Shown here: piece by piece, positions 63,564 through 64,000 of the stretch | Layout: every line of letters starts with the position of its first letter | Numbering within the stretch: position 1 is the first letter of the stretch | Assembly (NCBI GenBank): GCA_016748015.1 | Contig: JAAOMT010000718.1 | Coordinates: 124,001 to 188,000 of the forward strand | Direction: 5' to 3' | DNA: 64,000 nucleotides | Source: Geosiphon pyriformis uo1 | Taxonomy: Eukaryota; Fungi; Glomeromycota | Program-made: the position numbers and the translations under genes | The notes under the pieces: model-generated | Database searches by the model: none | Seen by the model: only the letters and a program-made list of their open reading frames with translations | Told to the model about the DNA's origin: nothing

Positions 63564-64000
63564 ATGTTAAAAGTAGAATTTCATTGAATAAAACAATCCA
63601 GAATAGATTTATGGTATTTAATTTGATATATATTACAGATGTATTTAGAAAACTTAAAACATTGAGACAAAATATGGATTGCAGAATTAAGTTCTTTATC
63701 TTTAATTTATACAAAGTTTATATTAAGAAAATTTCAAGTAAATATATTTAGTTTAGTAGTTCTGCAAGAAAATAGTTTATGTATATATTTTAAAACCATA
63801 TATTTATCTGTTTTTTTTTGTTCACTTAAATTTATTAAAATAGTTCTATACTTTATTTTGAAAACTATGTTTACCAAATATATTAATATTTGAATTATTT
63901 GAATTATCAAATTTTATTATTTTGAATTTTGAATCTTTGATAATATTAAATGATATCAACAATGAATTTATTTTGGTAAATTGAAAAGTAGAATTGTTAT

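Larger units (their letters stand above)
52121..64000 (-). mobile_element. Decayed hAT-superfamily DNA transposon, interrupted by Gypsy C
   Basis: NYLAIQESFVVFEYTFFVGENMIT at ~52.4-52.5 kb resembles the hAT dimerisation motif. ILDCFIQ*NSTFNMIK across the C insertion resembles LDxxTRWNST. GAAC/GTTC-type subterminal repeats at 52121-52295. Extent is approximate. Confidence 0.7.

Overview
Eukaryotic, AT-rich fungal DNA. It is probably an early-diverging lineage such as Mucoromycota/Glomeromycotina, inferred from fungal HOM2/CYB2 together with minor-spliceosome and Fanconi-core-like genes. A compact island of 8 host genes (29.9-48.9 kb: FAAP100-like, SGT1, HOM2, CYB2, SNRNP48, MAF1, PHO13-like, cytochrome P450) lies between two nests of decayed transposons. 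On the left, a ~6.9-kb RNase H-containing LINE (minus strand) is split by two full-length Ty3/Gypsy elements: A (1136-11246) and B (13238-23081). On the right are a Tc1 relic, an older Gypsy relic, and a hAT relic split by Gypsy C (53431-63563, same family as A). Comparing the three decayed Gypsy copies reveals an unusual shared architecture. (i) An ATG-less coding extension starts at the PBS and is fused to gag. (ii) A ~250-aa Cys-rich insert and a dUTPase lie between protease and RT. (iii) A conserved stop right after RNase H leaves integrase as a separate, out-of-frame ORF with its own ATG. (iv) A conserved ~210-230-aa non-env ORF sits before the PPT. (v) A U5 hairpin masks the PBS. TSDs are 4 bp. 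The TEs show transition-dominated (C>T/G>A) decay. A U12-type AT-AC intron is supported in the FAAP100-like gene. All alignments and counts were made by eye; no database searches were run.
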